Part shown: piece after piece, positions 39,435-51,424 of the stretch
Numbering within the stretch: the stretch's first letter is position 1
How the letters are laid out: each line of letters begins with the position of its first letter
Assembly (NCBI GenBank): GCA_013239625.1
Contig: MU054400.1
Location: 3,231,032 to 3,295,031 of the forward strand
Reading direction: 5' to 3'
Length of the DNA stretch: 64,000 nt
Source of the DNA: Lama guanicoe
Lineage: Eukaryota
Program-made: the position numbers and the translations under genes
Notes under the pieces: model-generated
Told to the model about the DNA's origin: nothing
What the model saw: the letters and a program-made list of their open reading frames with translations, nothing else
Database searches by the model: none

Positions 39435-40260
39435 TTGTTTAACACTTTAAAAGCAACATCTACCAACTGAGAAGGGTTCATTCCAAGTGTGCCATCTAAT
39501 TTTTGCAATTTTCTCATGTTTACCATTCTAGCATTTTCAGGGGCCTCGGGATCTGCTCTAGACCTGATCAATATTTTCCAAAAATTCAGAGAGGCCTTCA
39601 TTTGGTTTTTGCTGGGTTTATTTAATTTGGTTAAACCCAGCCTGCTGGCTGTTTGCATTTAGACCCCCTGTGGGATAACGGTGTAGGGAAATTTACCCTG
39701 TGCCGGGAGTGGCTCCTGGCCCAAACTGGGTGCCCTGTGAGGTCTTAGATGGCAATACCAGATGAGGTCCCTGTGCCCCGGGAACTAATATAGGATTTTT
39801 CTAATTAATCCCCATAAGGAGGGGGAGCCAGTCTGACCACTTCTCCAGCCCCAGTGTCAGCAGTTGGGGCTGGCTATGTAGGAATGGGGGAACAGGTCCG
39901 GGAGAGGGGAATGGAGGGGGCGGATACATTGGCAGAGTGGCCGGAGCAGCTGGGACTGCTAACTCAGCCAGAGGAGTTAAGATTTGAAGCAACATATCCT
40001 CCCTCTCATTCCTTTTCTTTTCTTATTTTCCCTGGTTGCACATAGGGGATTTCATCAATCTTCCCCACTTTTTCACAGAGTGTCTGCAATTGCAGGATTG
40101 TATAGAGCCATTAAAAGGCCACCGTTCCTCAGCATTTTATTGTAAAACTATACATAGTAACTGATCCACTGCCAACATGTTGCCTTGGCATCGACCAACT
40201 GGGCTGGATTCTGGGTTGGGGCTTTTGATGATTTTAGGAACCAAGTGGAATCTTTCTATT
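39428..40260 (-). pseudogene. ERV gag remnant (matrix, Pro-rich region, deleted capsid)
   Basis: MA-like WPFNGS (40107-40121) and LQLQTLCEKVGKIDEIPYVQ; Pro-rich PMYPPPPFPSPGP; MHR-like QQKPNEGLSEFLE; CA end ADPEAPENARMVNM-RKLQKLDGTLGMNPSQLVDVAFKVLNNRE. Confidence 0.88.
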
Positions 40261-40951
40261 CTCCCTGGGAACGTCCCTCTCTCAGACAAGAACAGACAGG
40301 TTTGGGGTTTTGTTTTGTTTTGTTTTTCCTGTTCCTTTCCCTCCATTTGACATCAGTAGAAGTTTTAAGTATCACGAAACTGACTTGGCTATAACTGGAG
40401 AAATGGTTCCAAAACCAAATGAAACAACAAAAAAACCCAAAGGACAAAAAGAAAACCCTAAACAAGTGCTCAAGTTTGGTCTCGGGGTTTTACATATACC
40501 AGTGACCCAGGAGACCCCAAACGATGTAATTAACACAGCGAGGGTGGCAGTACATGGAGATAACTCTGCACAAACCCCTCGTGGAGATCCAAACGGCTAC
40601 TGTGGCCACACATTGTTCATCTGTCTCTTAGGCATGGGTTCACAGCTGTAATCAGACCACTTCACAAAAATGCCCCTCAGAGGACTTTCTTCGGGGAGAG
40701 TTGAAAGCTTCCCTAGCCTTTATTTTGTTTTCTTTTGTTTCAAGCCAGGACTACAAGGCAAAATACAAACCATGCACACAAATGCTGGCACCCAAAGAAA
40801 CCAACCAGGTCACAAGTCAGGGAAAAGTCCAGCAACCACTTCCTCTCTCCAACAGGGTACCTCACTCACATATAAAATAAACCGGCTTGTTCCAGAGAAA
40901 AAAAGCTGCAAACCGAGAGTAATAAAGTTTCCGGCTATACACATCGGAGCG

Positions 40952-40960
40952 ACTTACCCT
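40952..40960 (-). promoter_or_regulatory. Putative retroviral major splice donor
   Basis: AGG|GTAAGT on the minus strand ~160 nt downstream of the PBS. Confidence 0.55.
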
Positions 40961-41115
40961 ACTGAATGGAGCCCGGCGGCTGCTAAGCGCTGGGGTAGCT
41001 CGTTCCGCTTCGGGGAATTTGGAAGGGAAGACCTTCCGGAGAAGTGGTCCCGACCGCTGCTAGGACTTTACCTGAAAATTCCCCAACCTGGAGCGGAGGG
41101 CCATGAGCATGAAGA

Positions 41116-41133
41116 CCTCTGCTGGCTTCACCA
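41116..41133 (-). promoter_or_regulatory. Primer-binding site, degenerate tRNA-Arg type
   Basis: TGGTGAAGCCAGCAGAGG 5 nt after the LTR end (...GGTAACA); resembles TGGCGAGCCAGCCAGGAG, the complement of the tRNA-Arg(ACG) 3' end. Confidence 0.7.
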
Positions 41134-41138
41134 AAATT

Positions 41139-41629
41139 TGTTACCAAGTTCAAATTTGGTTCCTCTCCCCTCACGACAGGTCAGTCAATCCAGAGGTGAG
41201 GTGTTGGGGCAAGGAATAACGACTTATTCAGAAAACCTGCAGACCGAGAAGACAGCAGACAAATGTTCTGGAGAACCATCTTCCCCAAGTAAGAATTCAG
41301 GCTCCTTTTATACTAAAATGGGCGGGGCTGTGATTGGTTGTTGCAAATTTCTTGGTGTCAGAATCCTTTGTTCTTGCCGCTGTCCACGCTGTCCACGTAG
41401 GTCAGGTCATGATGTTCCTGTAATCCTCCAACAAGACAAATGTGATTCTCTGTTCTGCTCTGTTAAAGGTCAGAGCCTTGAGAATAAGCTATCCTGTATA
41501 TTTCAGGCTATAGGCAACATTGTTCTACAAAAGGTGAAGAACTAGCATGACTAAGCACAGGAAACAGCAGAGGATTAGAGCTAAAGGAAGAGATCTAATA
41601 TGGAATCAGATTTGCTCTTCCCCATTACG
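41139..41629 (-). mobile_element. ERV1 5' LTR (MER41-like)
   Basis: Minus strand (C)GTAATGGGGAAGAGCAAATCTGATTCCATATT...TGGTAACA; colinear with the solo LTR at 43205-43650; CCAAT 41333-41337, GC box 41320-41328, TATAAAA 41306-41312. Confidence 0.88.
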
Positions 41630-41856
41630 TAATGTTTCTTTCTCACCCTTGGAATATGATGAGAAAGGGGTAGAAATATTTGCACAAGAGCCATGGACTC
41701 TTAGGGTCAAATTTATCTTGGAGGAGACTTGCTCTGGTTTCAGTGTGTCTATTGCTGGAACACACTCTGTCCCAGCCTCATTGGTAAAGATGTACCACTG
41801 TCCTATCTGATTAGAGCCCATTATTTTTGGGTTTTTCCTGGTTAATGAGATAGAGC

Positions 41857-42056
41857 AGTGGTTGGCTATCTGTGCTCAGGGGCTGGCTGTTTTTGTAAAT
41901 GAAGTTTTATTGGAACACAGCTATTACCCATTCACTCATGTACTCTCTATGGTGGCTTTTGAACTACAGTGTCAGAGCTGAGTGGTTTCCATGAAGATCA
42001 TACGGCAACAAATGCCTAAAGTATTTGCTATCTGGCTTTTTAAGAAAAAATTTGCT
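41857..42056 (+). mobile_element. MER58A-like hAT element
   Basis: ctgtttttgtaaatgaagttttattggaacacagc...cagagctgagtggtt...gcctaaagtatttgctatctggc...aaaatttgc. Strand is a best guess. Confidence 0.8.
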
Positions 42057-42199
42057 GTGTTCTGTGGGGAAAAGGACCACACTGTATTAATACTTGCACA
42101 CTTATAATTAGAAAATGCACTGATTGATTGTATTAGGAGAACTCATCTGCACAGAAACTGAGAGTGACTTTTCTTAATCAAGCAAACCATCCTGAGCAT

Positions 42200-42390
42200 A
42201 AAGCAAATTACTTAGGTAGTTAAGTGGGGCTGTAATAGGGTTACCATCCCTGTACCTTGCAGGGTTTTGATGACGGCCTTTGACTCTGATTTTGTTCTGT
42301 GGTAGTGTATTGGTTTGCTACTTGGGCAGAGAGAGGGAGTTCTAAGGATTTCCACTGAGCTTTTTCTACCATAATAGCCACTACTTGAGG
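42200..42390 (-). mobile_element. ERVL-type internal (pro/pol junction) fragment
   Basis: VAIMVEKAQWKSLELPLSAQVANQ...AVIKTLQGTGMV resembles ERVL AIMVGKAKWKPLELPLP..IVNQKQY...ATIKDLKDAGVV. Confidence 0.55.
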
Positions 42391-43204
42391 ACAGAAGATG
42401 TGTGGCCAGGCCACTCATGATGGCGGCTCTCTTGTTCTCTGTACATCCCCTGACCATTGCCTGCTTCACCCACATCCTACTCACAGGACTGACCTTCCCT
42501 CATATTTGCCCCAGGTCCCAGCCAGTGATTGTTCTTATCAAAGGGACAGTGAGGGGCATACCCCTCTGCTGGTTTCCTTGGTGACAAATGAGCCACCCTG
42601 GCATCAATTCTTCCTATAATTGCTAACCTCCCCCTGTCTGTGGGAGCCAAGACTCCTGCTATATCCGGCCCGCCGTCCCCAACACACACGATGGGGAGTC
42701 GCTCCAGGACCTTGCTCCAGACACGCAAAATCCCTCCACCCATTAAACCATGATGTCTCTGTTGATTGGTCTTGAAGCAGGGCGAGTACAGACCTTGAAG
42801 GCCTGCAAGGTGCAGCCCAACAAAAGGCCATTATAGGGATTCTGCCAACTGACACGTGTATCACAGATAAAACTGGGGACACAACCACAAAATGTGTTTA
42901 AGGTCTCAATGCGGCCACAGTAGGAAGAACTAGCATAGAAGCTCGACTTATTTTCCAACCCCCCCCCACAAACCCCATTCTGACGGTGGCTTTCTGGGTA
43001 TCCAAGGCCTAGTGTTGGCTTTGTCTGATGTCCAATAACCCCTGAAGTGTTTGTGCGGTTTCCTTTCCACTATCTATTTGCCCTGATAAACATCTGCTGG
43101 TGCCGCCAAGACTTATCTTGGAGGGAGAATCACACTATAAACTGGTTAACGGGTCCTTCCTCAAGGGGAGCTGACCTCCTTTTCCTCAGCAGTCTGTATG
43201 TCTG

Positions 43205-43650
43205 TGTAACAGAAAAGAACAAATCTGACTCCATATTGGATCTGTTCCTATGGCTTTAACCCTGTGCCCTGTTTCCTAGGCTTAGTCTTGCTGGCTCTGC
43301 ACTCACGTAAAGATAACAAGTTACAGAACAGAGAATAACATTTGTTCTGCTGGAGGTTTTGCAGGAGCACCAGGAGCTGGCCCATGTGGACAGCTGCAGG
43401 AACAAAGAATTCCTACAGCAAGAAGTTTGCAACAATCAACCACACCCCCTCCCCTGCTATTATTTTTTTTTTTAATATATAAAAGGAGCCTGTATTCTGA
43501 CTGGAGGAGGATGGTCCTCAAAGCCATTAGTCTGCCATCCTCTCCGTCTGCGGGCTTTCCAAATAAAGTCGCTATTCCTTGCCCAACACCTCCTCTCCCG
43601 GTTTATTGGCCAGTAGTGCAGCGAGCAGAACGAGTTTGGACTCGGTAACA
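43205..43650 (+). mobile_element. ERV1 MER41-like solo LTR with 4-bp TSD
   Basis: TGTAAC...GGTAACA termini; TSD TCTG at 43201-43204 and 43651-43654; TATAAAA 43478-43484; AATAAA 43562-43567. Confidence 0.92.
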
Positions 43651-43699
43651 TCTGTACTGAGACTCAAGTCTGAAAATTGGATCAGGGGCTTACATTAAT

Positions 43700-44222
43700 C
43701 ATGTTTGTTTTGTTTTTTGTTTTTTCTGTGCCTTCTGATGTGTTGCGATCTTAGGTATCTTGCTGGCCTGGAGAGCCCGCCTCTCCCAGCGCTCAGCCTG
43801 GAGTACATCTTTCATATGCAGTCAGCGGATCCCAAGTGAGCCTACGCCCCCTCCTCGCCCTTTCTGTAAATCTCACAAGCCAAACCAGTATTTCTCCTGC
43901 CCTAAATCACCCCAGGGCCGGTTACCAGGTGATGAGAGACCACCTCTACAGCCCAGAGCCCGGCGACATTATTCAAACTGCAAAACCTAAGCTGTTCACC
44001 CTGCCTGCCTTGTCTTCCCCCTAGAAACCCCCGAACAGTCCCAGTCTGGGCTTCCCCCTCAGCCCTGCTCCCGCCTCCGGATTACAAGCCTCACGCCTCC
44101 CAGTCACTCTGCGTGGCAAAGCCTTCTTTCAGGAAATGTAAGTGATGAAGACCTCTCGGTGGCACTGGGTTCTCTGGGCCACCACTCAGCCAGCGTCATA
44201 AATTAAAACCAGGCACAAAACA
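43700..44222 (+). mobile_element. ERVL LTR (MER54/MER73/MER74-like)
   Basis: ctttcatatgca...cctgccctaaatcaccccagggcc...gcccagagcccggcgacattattcaaact...cctaagc. Confidence 0.65.
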
Positions 44223-44309
44223 GGGCTGTGCCTCTATTCTGGTAGCTCAGATCAGGCCTCTTTTCACCAGGTTTACTGTTTTATCGGTTCCACAAATCAA
44301 GTTATATTT

Positions 44310-44520
44310 TAATGAATTATATATTTAATTATAGATATTATCATATATCATTACATATATTACATAGAATATATTATTATATAGTCATGTGTATTACATA
44401 TTTAATATATTATTATATTTATTTTATGTATATATAAATTATATATAATTTAAAATTTTTAATTATATATTATATATTAAATTTATTTAGATATCAAATT
44501 AGATATTGAATAAATTATAT
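44310..44520. repeat. AT-rich low-complexity / degenerate (TA)n
   Basis: Almost only A/T with many TATA units. Confidence 0.85.
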
Positions 44521-47260
44521 TCATTCCATCTGTATCCTACTGCCCCATGATCAATTAACTATCATCAGAGATTCCTGTGGACCTGAAAATTCTGGTCCTG
44601 ATGCCACGTCTGCTGTCTAGTGCAGTACCTATATGACCACCTTCTGGTTTCCACGTTCAAAACTGGACACATTTACACTTCAACATCTTTTTCTAAATCT
44701 TCAGCCTATGGAGAACAGACACTCAAGGACTTTATAAAATGTTGGTGTTTCTTTTACCAATATATTTATCAGTGGGACATAATTAGTATTTGCAGATTAA
44801 ACATGATAAAGCCACTCCCACATTCTCATCTTCCAAGAGTTGGGACTGCTTCTCTGTGATGCCAAGGGAATTTTGACATCTTTAACTTCACTTAACATGG
44901 CTGCCACTTAATCAAGAATCCAGACACTAAAATAAGCAACCAGTTAGAACCAGTCCTCACTACTTGAGCTAGAACATTAAATCCAGAATCCTTGCTAAGA
45001 GCTCCCATATCAGTGAATTTATTTAATATTATATTCCTTCCTTTTTTATCTAGCTATCTAAGAACATACTTGCTTGTAACTATTTCTGGTATCACTCAGG
45101 GTATTGCTCAGTTTGGGTACCACTCAGTTTAGTTATCACTTAGGGTTCTCCTATGAAAGCAACAGTATCAGCTCTGACTGATACTGGTAGAAAATTATTA
45201 AAAGATACTGCATATCTCATAGGACTTTTAGGCCGGACAACAAGGTTCAGGGATATGTGCTCAGGAACGATGCTTGACATCAAATTGCAGAACTGCTGGT
45301 GAGGGTGCCCCTGGCTGTGGCCACCAGGCGTTAGATGCTACATCGTGCCCCTCAGAGATCTCCAGGCTGGATCCTGGATGCTGCCCTGAGCACCACAACT
45401 TCTGCTGCTCCAGTTCATCTTCCCTAAACCATCACTCCCCTTGAGGAGAATCCTCACAACCTTTGCAAGCCTCAAACAAGTGTCTCTAATTTGTGGATCC
45501 CCATGACTAAGTCGCAGGTAAGCCTTAACAGTTTGAAAATAGATTCGATGAAAAGAAATGAGATCTACTTCTCCACCGGGGTTACAGAGTGAAGGAACTC
45601 CCAACAGCACAGAGGAGTTCAGACGCTGGTTTGTCCAAACAGCATGACACTGACCCGTGTCGGAGGTTCCGTACAGAGTCTAGCAGAGCGCTATGCGTGT
45701 AACAGATGTCCAATAAATGCTCAGAGAGGAAGTCTGCACATTCCCAGTGAAGTCTGGGGAAATACTCAACTTCTTTCTTTCTATCCTACTTTTGGAGAGT
45801 CATATACTTTTTTTCCCCTCTGTGCAACTGACGTAGGATTTTGATTTTTCAATGATTTTTTTTAATGCACAGAATGTTATAGTTGCACGGGAATTGAGAG
45901 ACTAGCAAGACCCACTTTCCATTCAATGTTATCTACTAAAGAATCCCTGATAAATGATTAAACAGTGTCAGTCAGAGTAGCTAATTGGACCAGAACATTA
46001 ACTATGTCCCAAAGCACTCCAACCTATGTTCTGGGCACTTCTCATCATTACTTGGTTCTTTCTTATACTGAGTTGAAATTCAGTTTGCTATAACCTCCAC
46101 CTGTATGCTAACTGTGCTCTTTAAAGTAACATAGGACAAATGTACTTCCTCATTTCCAGATCACCACGTCCAATATAACAAGACAGCTTTGAGTTCCCCT
46201 CCTTTTCACCAGGCTTAACACCTCTACTCCCCTCCAACCCTTCATGTGACAAGATTCCAAACCTCAGTCTTTGCAGGTCATCCTCCGTGGAATCCCACCA
46301 GATGGCCAATATCTCATAGACTGGTTCAAACCTATGTCGAGGAGTAATACTAAAAACTATTTTTAATATATTCATCTCCAGTCTTCATAGGACTTTAGTC
46401 AATCCTGACTGCCTATTGCACTGAAAGCACTGGATTGTGTGTGTTATGTTTTAAGGTTGAAACAAGGGGCATAACATTCCTGGACACTCCTTTGCCTTTC
46501 CAGGTGCTTTCTGTTTGGTTGTTTGTTTTGTGTCCTACCATATGCTCCAGGAACAGTGGCTTCTTGAGGAAATCAAATCCCATATTTCCTTTCCTAAGAT
46601 AATCTCATAGCTTGAGGGCTGAATAAGAAGCCTCGTGGGAAACATTTGTAATGGCTTCTTGGTCAACATCTGCAATGTGCTAGGAATTTAACACACCAAA
46701 GGGAGTGAATGGAGAAAGAAAAAAAAAATACAGAGTTTTGTGAATGGAAAACACTTTTGCTTGTTTTTGTTTTGTACTGGTGGGATTTTTTTCATTTTGT
46801 TTTGTTTATTGATTCTCCATTTGCAAAGTTAAGAAGCAAAGTTAGAGAAACACGATGAAATTAACATTAAGAATTTGCTAAAATGGGAGAAGAAATGTGA
46901 GTAGCAATTGGAAGAGAAGATCAACTTGTTTATTATGGTAAATTTTTTATATTTTATAATTGACTTCACTGAACCTATACTTAGAAAAGATCCAACTTCT
47001 CTGGAAGATAAATTAGCAAATCTCTTAAAGGGATCAGAAGTGAATTGCCAACATAAATAGGACACTGAAATTCTATCTCCAATGTTTGTTTAGCTTCTAG
47101 GTAAAGAGTCATTTGTGTTTCATTTATGATCATTGATGTTGCTCAAAAACATATTTACAGTGACTAAGTCACTCTCTTAAATTTCTTAACTAAATACACA
47201 AAAGTTTACGTCAACTTCTGAAATACAGAGCAGACCACAGTGTTTATCATGTGCCAGATA

Positions 47261-47262
<2 letters not shown>

Positions 47263-47298
<36 letters not shown>
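47263..47298. repeat. (AC)18 microsatellite
   Basis: Perfect AC run. Confidence 0.95.
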
Positions 47299-47299
<1 letters not shown>

Positions 47300-47302
<3 letters not shown>

Positions 47303-47392
47303 TGAGGCACAGAAAAGTAAAGTCACTTGCCCAAAGTCACAGAACTAGTGACTGGTGGAGGTGGAATCTGAATCCCAGTTGCCTGACTCAGG
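47300..47392 (+). mobile_element. MIR core
   Basis: ctgaggcacagaaaagtaaagtcacttgcccaaagtcacagaactagtgactggtggaggtggaatctgaatcccag. Confidence 0.75.
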
Positions 47393-48052
47393 GATCCATG
47401 TTTGTACGCATCATGCTATCCTGTCTTTCATGCAGTGGGACAAATCTTACCACATTTCACTTGGCTGTAAAGCAGAAATGGTATGCGGACCAACTCTTTT
47501 CGTCCCTGAGAAAACTGCCTTGAAGTGTGCCTTCTTAAAAAAATTAAAATAGAAAATAACCAGGTGGGAATCTTTACAGCACTATGTGAATTATGTGTGT
47601 CATCTTCCTTCCCCACACTAACATCGAGGGCAGCAAAGTAAAGTTGCACTTATGAAAGTTCAGGCTTTCTCAGGGCTGAGAACATGTCTTTACAGTTTTC
47701 AGGCTGCCAGTTAATGACTTCGAGTTTTTCAGACTTGGGACGTGTGTCACTCCAGAGCACCTCACTTAGCCATAAAAATTGATAGTAGTCGGTTCATGTT
47801 GTAAGTTAAATAACAATTTATCAATCCATATAAGGAATTTAAGATTCTTTCAGAGGTACAACCACATAGATGTACCCTGATTTGTTCCAATAGCCAGACC
47901 AAAAAGGCACCATATTACCACCATAAAATATATATTTTTTTCCCACCTGTCATGCAATATACAACCCAGATCCAGAGTGATAGCCCAGAAGGCAACGTGC
48001 TCTGCTTGCTGTTAGAAATACCAGACTCATGGAAAAAGCAGTAGGAGTCAAT

Positions 48053-48755
48053 TTTTTTTTTCATTTTTTACTGAAGTGTAGTTGATTTACAATGTTAGTT
48101 TCAAGTATACAGCAAAGTGATTTGGTTATACATACACATACATATTTTTTTCTTTTCAGATTCTTTTCCATTATATATTATTACAAGAAATTGGCTTTAT
48201 AGTAGGTCCTTGTTGTTTATCTATTATGTATAGTAGTATGTGTCTGTTAATCTCCAACCCCTAATTTATCCCTCCCCCCCACCTTTCCCTTTCGGTAGCT
48301 TCTGTTTTCTAAGTCCATGAATCTGTTTTGGGCTTGTAAATAGAATTTGTACCATTTTTTTAGATTCTACATATAAGTGATATCATATGATATTTGTCTT
48401 TCTCTGTCTGACTTACTTCACTCAATATGATAACCTCTAGGTCCATCTATGTTGCTGCAAATGGCATTATTTCATTCTTTATTATGGCTGAGTAGTATTC
48501 TATTGTGTATATACACCACATCTTTATCCAGTCATCTGTCTATGGGCATTTAGGTTGTTTCCATGTCTTGGCTATTGTAAATAGTGCTGCTGTGAACATT
48601 GGGGTGCAGGTGTCTTTTCGAATTATAATTTTCTCCAGATATATGCCCAAAAGTGGGATGGCTGGATCATACGGTTAAGTCTATTTTTAGTTTTTTAAGT
48701 AACCTCCATACTGTTCACCATAGTGGCTGCACCAATATACATTCCCACCAACAAG
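48053..48755 (-). mobile_element. L1 3' end
   Basis: ttttactgaagtgtagttgatttacaatgttag...gttgctgcaaatggcattatttcattc...ggctgcaccaatatacattcccaccaaca. Confidence 0.92.
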
Positions 48756-50171
48756 GGCTCCTTTTCCAGTAGAGTCAAATTTGACCTTGAAACGATGGAT
48801 GGCATAAATAGTGAGCTTTTGAAGGGTTACTTACGGGTTTCTCTTTGCCCACAAGAATTATTTCACAATAAGACACAGAGGAAGATGACAGCTTCAAGTT
48901 TAAACCAACTAAATATCTTACATTAACATCTTTGTTGGAACTCAGGAGAGGGACGGAAGAGACACTGATCCCAAAGTGCACTGCAGGCATTTCCATGTGT
49001 GTCACTAGCTCATTCCCCTGCTAGCTGACTAATCCAGGGAACTTCACGCCGCACCTCTGCTCCTGGTCTCTTACCTCATCGTTTTACTAAGGTCACATTG
49101 CTCATCCCTGCTGTGTCCTCAATTTCCCTTTTTCATAGTGTGAGAAACTAAAAGTGTCTCCTTTCACAGGCTTAGGATTTTATAAGCAATTGATTGATAC
49201 TTGACCTCAATTTTTTTTCTCCACCGTATTTTGATTAAGTTTATGGGCGTAAGATTTATTCTGAGTAAGTTTGAGAGCTCTTTTCTGGAGATCCCTGCTC
49301 CAGCACCTGATCAGTTTATAGATAATAACGCCGGTAGATTTTCACAAACTGTTTCCTATTTCTGGTTGATCTATTGACTTAACACACTTATTCTATCAAC
49401 ACACCCTTCAGTAAATACAAGAATAGCCGACAATCTTAAACATATTAATCTACAATGTTTCCCATTAAAGTCTTAGAAGTGGTTGGCACAGTGATAATCT
49501 AATTAAAAACAAGCTATGTTTCTAGAGATGTTGTAGGGAGACTGGAAAAGAAAAAAAATGTAAGTCCTTGTCTAAAATCTTCAATTACATTTTTGGCATT
49601 AGGGGAGAAACTTAATTACCTTTTACCTTCAAGAAGTTTAATTTTTTTCAGTCCCTCGTGAGTTCAGAAGTGCTTGGGGGAAGAGACTGATACAGTATTT
49701 CCAGAATAATAAAGGAAGAACTCTTTCTTGAAAATTCTCTACAGATTTGACTGACTATAAAACAAGGGGTTGGGAAGCTTCAAGGAGAGAAAATGTCAGC
49801 TTGGAAACAGACGATTCACCTTGCCAATCTGAAAAGACTTTTACCGTCTGCCTGTTAAGCAAGACGCTGCGCCAAGTCAGTTACCTATGGATGATGAACA
49901 AAAAGAAGTGAGCAGCCACTCTTCCCTTTGAGATTTTAACCTCCCTGAGGCCAGAAGAGGAGGATGATCAGAGCTGAAAGGATGCTTTTCCAGATGTTCC
50001 TGTCTACCCAGGTTGGCTTGAGGGCCAGTGGACCAGCTTAACATCCAGGTACCGCCACGGTCTGCTCCAAGGGGAATTCTACTGAACAGTAATAAGAGCA
50101 CAAGAATATCTTCATTGCTAGGTTGCACTGGGTATTAAAACAGACAAAAATCTGTAAAATGCTTCTCAGGT

Positions 50172-51424
50172 CGTTCTGGTTTCTGGTTCTGCACATAAGG
50201 AGTGTGGAAGTCGTCACTCTATACTAGCAAATAAAAAGCTAAGCAGGCTGAAAAATCAACAGCTCTTCCTCATCCGTAAAGAAGCAAGGTTACAAAGCAA
50301 CCTGTTGCCTCTGAGGCTGACGGGACCATCAGGTGAACGCAGAAAATCACAGCCTACTGGACCAAAAACTCAGGAGCTGAAACACCCACAGTAACTAGCG
50401 CTGCGTGAGAAAACCAGAACTGTAAATGATGAGCTGCTAAGTGCCCGGCAGGGACACATCGCAGAGATAAAAACCTGGTCACTCCTGGAGCTCCCCCAGG
50501 GTCTCACGTAAGTATCAAAGAAAAATCCCCTCATGCTTCCGACAGGAGGAGAGAAAAATGAACCATTTCAAATATACCAGCGCCCTCTGTTCTTAGCAAG
50601 GAGAAACTATTTAACCAGAGTTTAACCTATTGGGTTTTACCAGAGCCTAACTGATCTGGGGGAAAAGAAACATTCAAATCCAGCAGACTAGCCAGTCCAT
50701 CCAAGGGGTGGGAAAAAAAACTGAGAAGCACTCGTGAAGTTCACGGTCCAGAGGCACAGGATCACTAAAAGACAGAGACCTAATCATAGGACTCTGATTA
50801 CCACGCACATACACAGAACTCCCCCCCACATCTTACTACCACGCTGTTAAAGTCCTATTTACAGCAGTTCCTTTCATCCGGTACATCATGTCCAGAAAAA
50901 ATTATCAGGCAAGCTGAAAGGTAAAAAACATAATTTGAAGAGACAGAGCAAGCAGCAGAACGGGACATGCCAGGGATGCTGGAATTATTAGACCAGGAAT
51001 TTCAAGCAGCCTTGGTGAACAGGCGAAGGGCTCTAGTAGATAAAGTAGACAGCCTGCAGGAACACAACGACCCCGTAAGCAGAGAGACGGAAATCGTGGC
51101 TGAGGGGGTCAGTTCTCCAAGAAGACATCACAATCCTTCGTGAGTAGGCACCTAACCACAGAGCGGCCAAGTACAGCAGGGAAAAAAAGCTGCAAGGAGA
51201 AACAGATGGGTTCACTATCATGGGTGGAAATTCCCACACCCTGCTCAGAAATGGACAGATCCAGCAGGCGGAAAATCGGTCTGGACATAGGTGAACTGGG
51301 CATCTCCACTCATCAGTTGGATACAATTGACATGCACAGACGACTTCATCCAACAGCAGCAGAATGTACATTCTTCTCAAATCCACAGGGAATCTTCACC
51401 ACGAGAGGCCACACTCTGGACCAC
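50172..51424 (+). mobile_element. Old L1 (L1MC/MD-like) 5'UTR fused to an ORF2 endonuclease fragment
   Basis: ttctggtttctggttctgcacataaggagtgtggaagtcgtcactct...; later gaaatggacagatccagcaggcggaaaatc...catccaacagcagcagaatgtacattcttctcaa. Confidence 0.7.

Larger units (their letters stand above)
37510..41629 (-). mobile_element. Defective class I (gamma-like) ERV provirus with MER41-like 5' LTR; RT, RNaseH, env and 3' LTR absent; carries an SLC18B1 insert
   Basis: Minus-strand order is LTR - PBS - leader with splice donor - gag remnants - SLC18B1 insert - gag tail/protease - integrase; individual motifs listed below. Confidence 0.9.

Noticed and set aside
39111..39658. Gag-SLC18B1 fusion protein
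   Set aside because: The gag frame (AAC AGG GAA) and SLC18B1 frame (ACA GGG AAA) differ by one base, gag is broken upstream, and the back-splice junction gives an immediate TGA.
41266..41275. Interferon GAS site in the MER41-like LTR
   Set aside because: Only TTC-N4-GAA noticed; I saw no canonical TTC-N3-GAA STAT1 site in either LTR.
40670..41545. 291-aa plus-strand ORF, the longest in the window
   Set aside because: Antisense to the ERV leader and LTR, with no recognisable domain; probably chance, although untested.
43205..43650. Solo LTR as the missing partner LTR of the provirus
   Set aside because: Opposite orientation, wrong side, its own TSD and a different internal structure.
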